Shown: positions 62,950 to 64,000 of the stretch, in pieces
How positions within the stretch are numbered: position 1 is the first letter of the stretch
How the letters are laid out: every line of letters begins with the position of its first letter
Assembly: GCA_030704615.1 (NCBI GenBank)
Contig: CM060731.1
Span: 53,754,001 to 53,818,000 of the forward strand
From: Takakia lepidozioides
Lineage: Eukaryota; Plantae; Bryophyta
DNA length: 64,000 nt
Reading direction: 5' to 3'
Translations under genes and position numbers: made by a program
Notes under the pieces: generated by a model
Seen by the model: the letters and a program-made list of their open reading frames with translations, nothing else
Told to the model about the DNA's origin: nothing
The model's database searches: none

Positions 62950-64000
62950 ACCTGGAGGTGGTGCTATGTGGAGGCCATCGGGTGTGCCACAGCTGGAAGC
63001 CTGGATTGGTGTTTGTTTGTCCATGGGGATAAAGAGGCTGCCGAACAGCCGCTGCTATTGGCAGCAGAGTGAGGTATTGTTTGCATGCCTTGTGATTAGA
63101 AAAGTCATGACAAGAGATCGTTATGAAGCAATTTTGTGTTGCTTGCATTTGGTGGATAACTCGACGTTGGAGTCTGATCGTAGCAGTCCTACGTTTGACA
63201 AAATTGGCAAAGTCAAATGGGCTTGTGCAGAGATTGCTAGTGCCTGCAAATGATATTGGAACCTGCACAAATTACTGACATTATGATAAGGTGCAAGGGG
63301 AAATACTATGCTATACGGCAGTATATGCCTAAGAAGCCAGCCAAGTGGGGCATCAAAGTGTGGGCCCAGCTTGCAGATGCAGATGTTTACTTTGGCAAGA
63401 ATGGGGGCCCTGAGGGGAGAAGTCTGGCATAGGTGAGGGATATGATGTGGTCACTCGGCTAGTGTCTCCATTGCATGGACTCGGCCATGTGGTGGTGACT
63501 AACTATTACTTTACATCACCACGGTTGTTGTACGAGATGGCTTATGCTTGGGGCATGGGCCACTGGCACTGTCAGGCTGAATAGAAAGGGGTTGCTCCCC
63601 TTCCTTGACTTGCTTGTCCAAGTCCAAGACTGCCAAAGCAAGGTGACACTTGGTGGCGTATGCACAAGAGCCGGCAAGTTGTTGTTGTTTGTGGTGGGAT
63701 AAAAAAAGGCGTGTTCATGGTGTCATCCGCAGCTCGCGGCCTGCATCTGGCCCGAATTCACCTGTGACGGTCAGAAGGTTTGTGGGGAATGCCAGAGTGC
63801 AGGTGCCTTCTGTTCCAATGCATGTTCAATACCAAACTTACATGCGTGGTGTAGATGTCCAGGACCAGGTGCGAGGTGCATATAGCATGCAGTTGAAGAC
63901 TCACAAATGGTAGCATATAGAGTTTTTTTCCCTTTTGGACACCACGGTTGTGAATTCTTATCTCTTGCATGACTATCACATGCACCGGAGGTCCGTCCGA
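62950..64000 (+). pseudogene. piggyBac-like (DDE_Tnp_1_7/PGBD) transposase pseudogene
   Basis: MTRDRYEAIL..LHLVDN, FDKIGKV, RQYMPKKPAKWGIKVW, NYYFTSP, YMRGVDVQDQ..YS..KTHKW, VVNSY. Confidence 0.88.

Overview
This is a eukaryotic, TE-dense window of nested transposons with no clear host gene. The element types suggest an early-diverging land plant or bryophyte, but that is inference. In order it contains: a Ty3/Gypsy pol fragment (1-3686); a second Gypsy with a C5-cytosine DNA methyltransferase between protease and RT (3687-9030); interleaved CACTA and LINE fragments (10.2-17.5 kb); a kinase pseudogene; three related Mutator-like (MULE) DNA transposons (22059-35569 complete with 9-bp TSD; ~35587-44844 truncated; 51220-58345 internally deleted with 8-bp TSD); a second copy of the first Gypsy family with an inverted 5' LTR and a long extra coiled-coil ORF (44844-62656); and a piggyBac-like pseudogene. 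The standout system is in the MULEs. Two of them carry, head-to-head with the transposase, a multi-exon cargo gene with a ParB/Srx-like 'WDGNHR' domain and a C-terminal beta-class N6A/N4C-methyltransferase-like domain whose motif IV is non-canonical (DIPD). Each element also carries non-coding or intronic arrays of its own CpG-rich palindrome: AATTTCGGCGCCGAAATT, GGAAATTCGGCGCCGAATTTCC or GAATGTCGTYAACGACATTC. This suggests a self-recognition or anti-silencing system resembling ParB/parS or VANC/VANDAL. All domain calls come from motif recognition by eye, not database searches, and most coding regions are pseudogenised.
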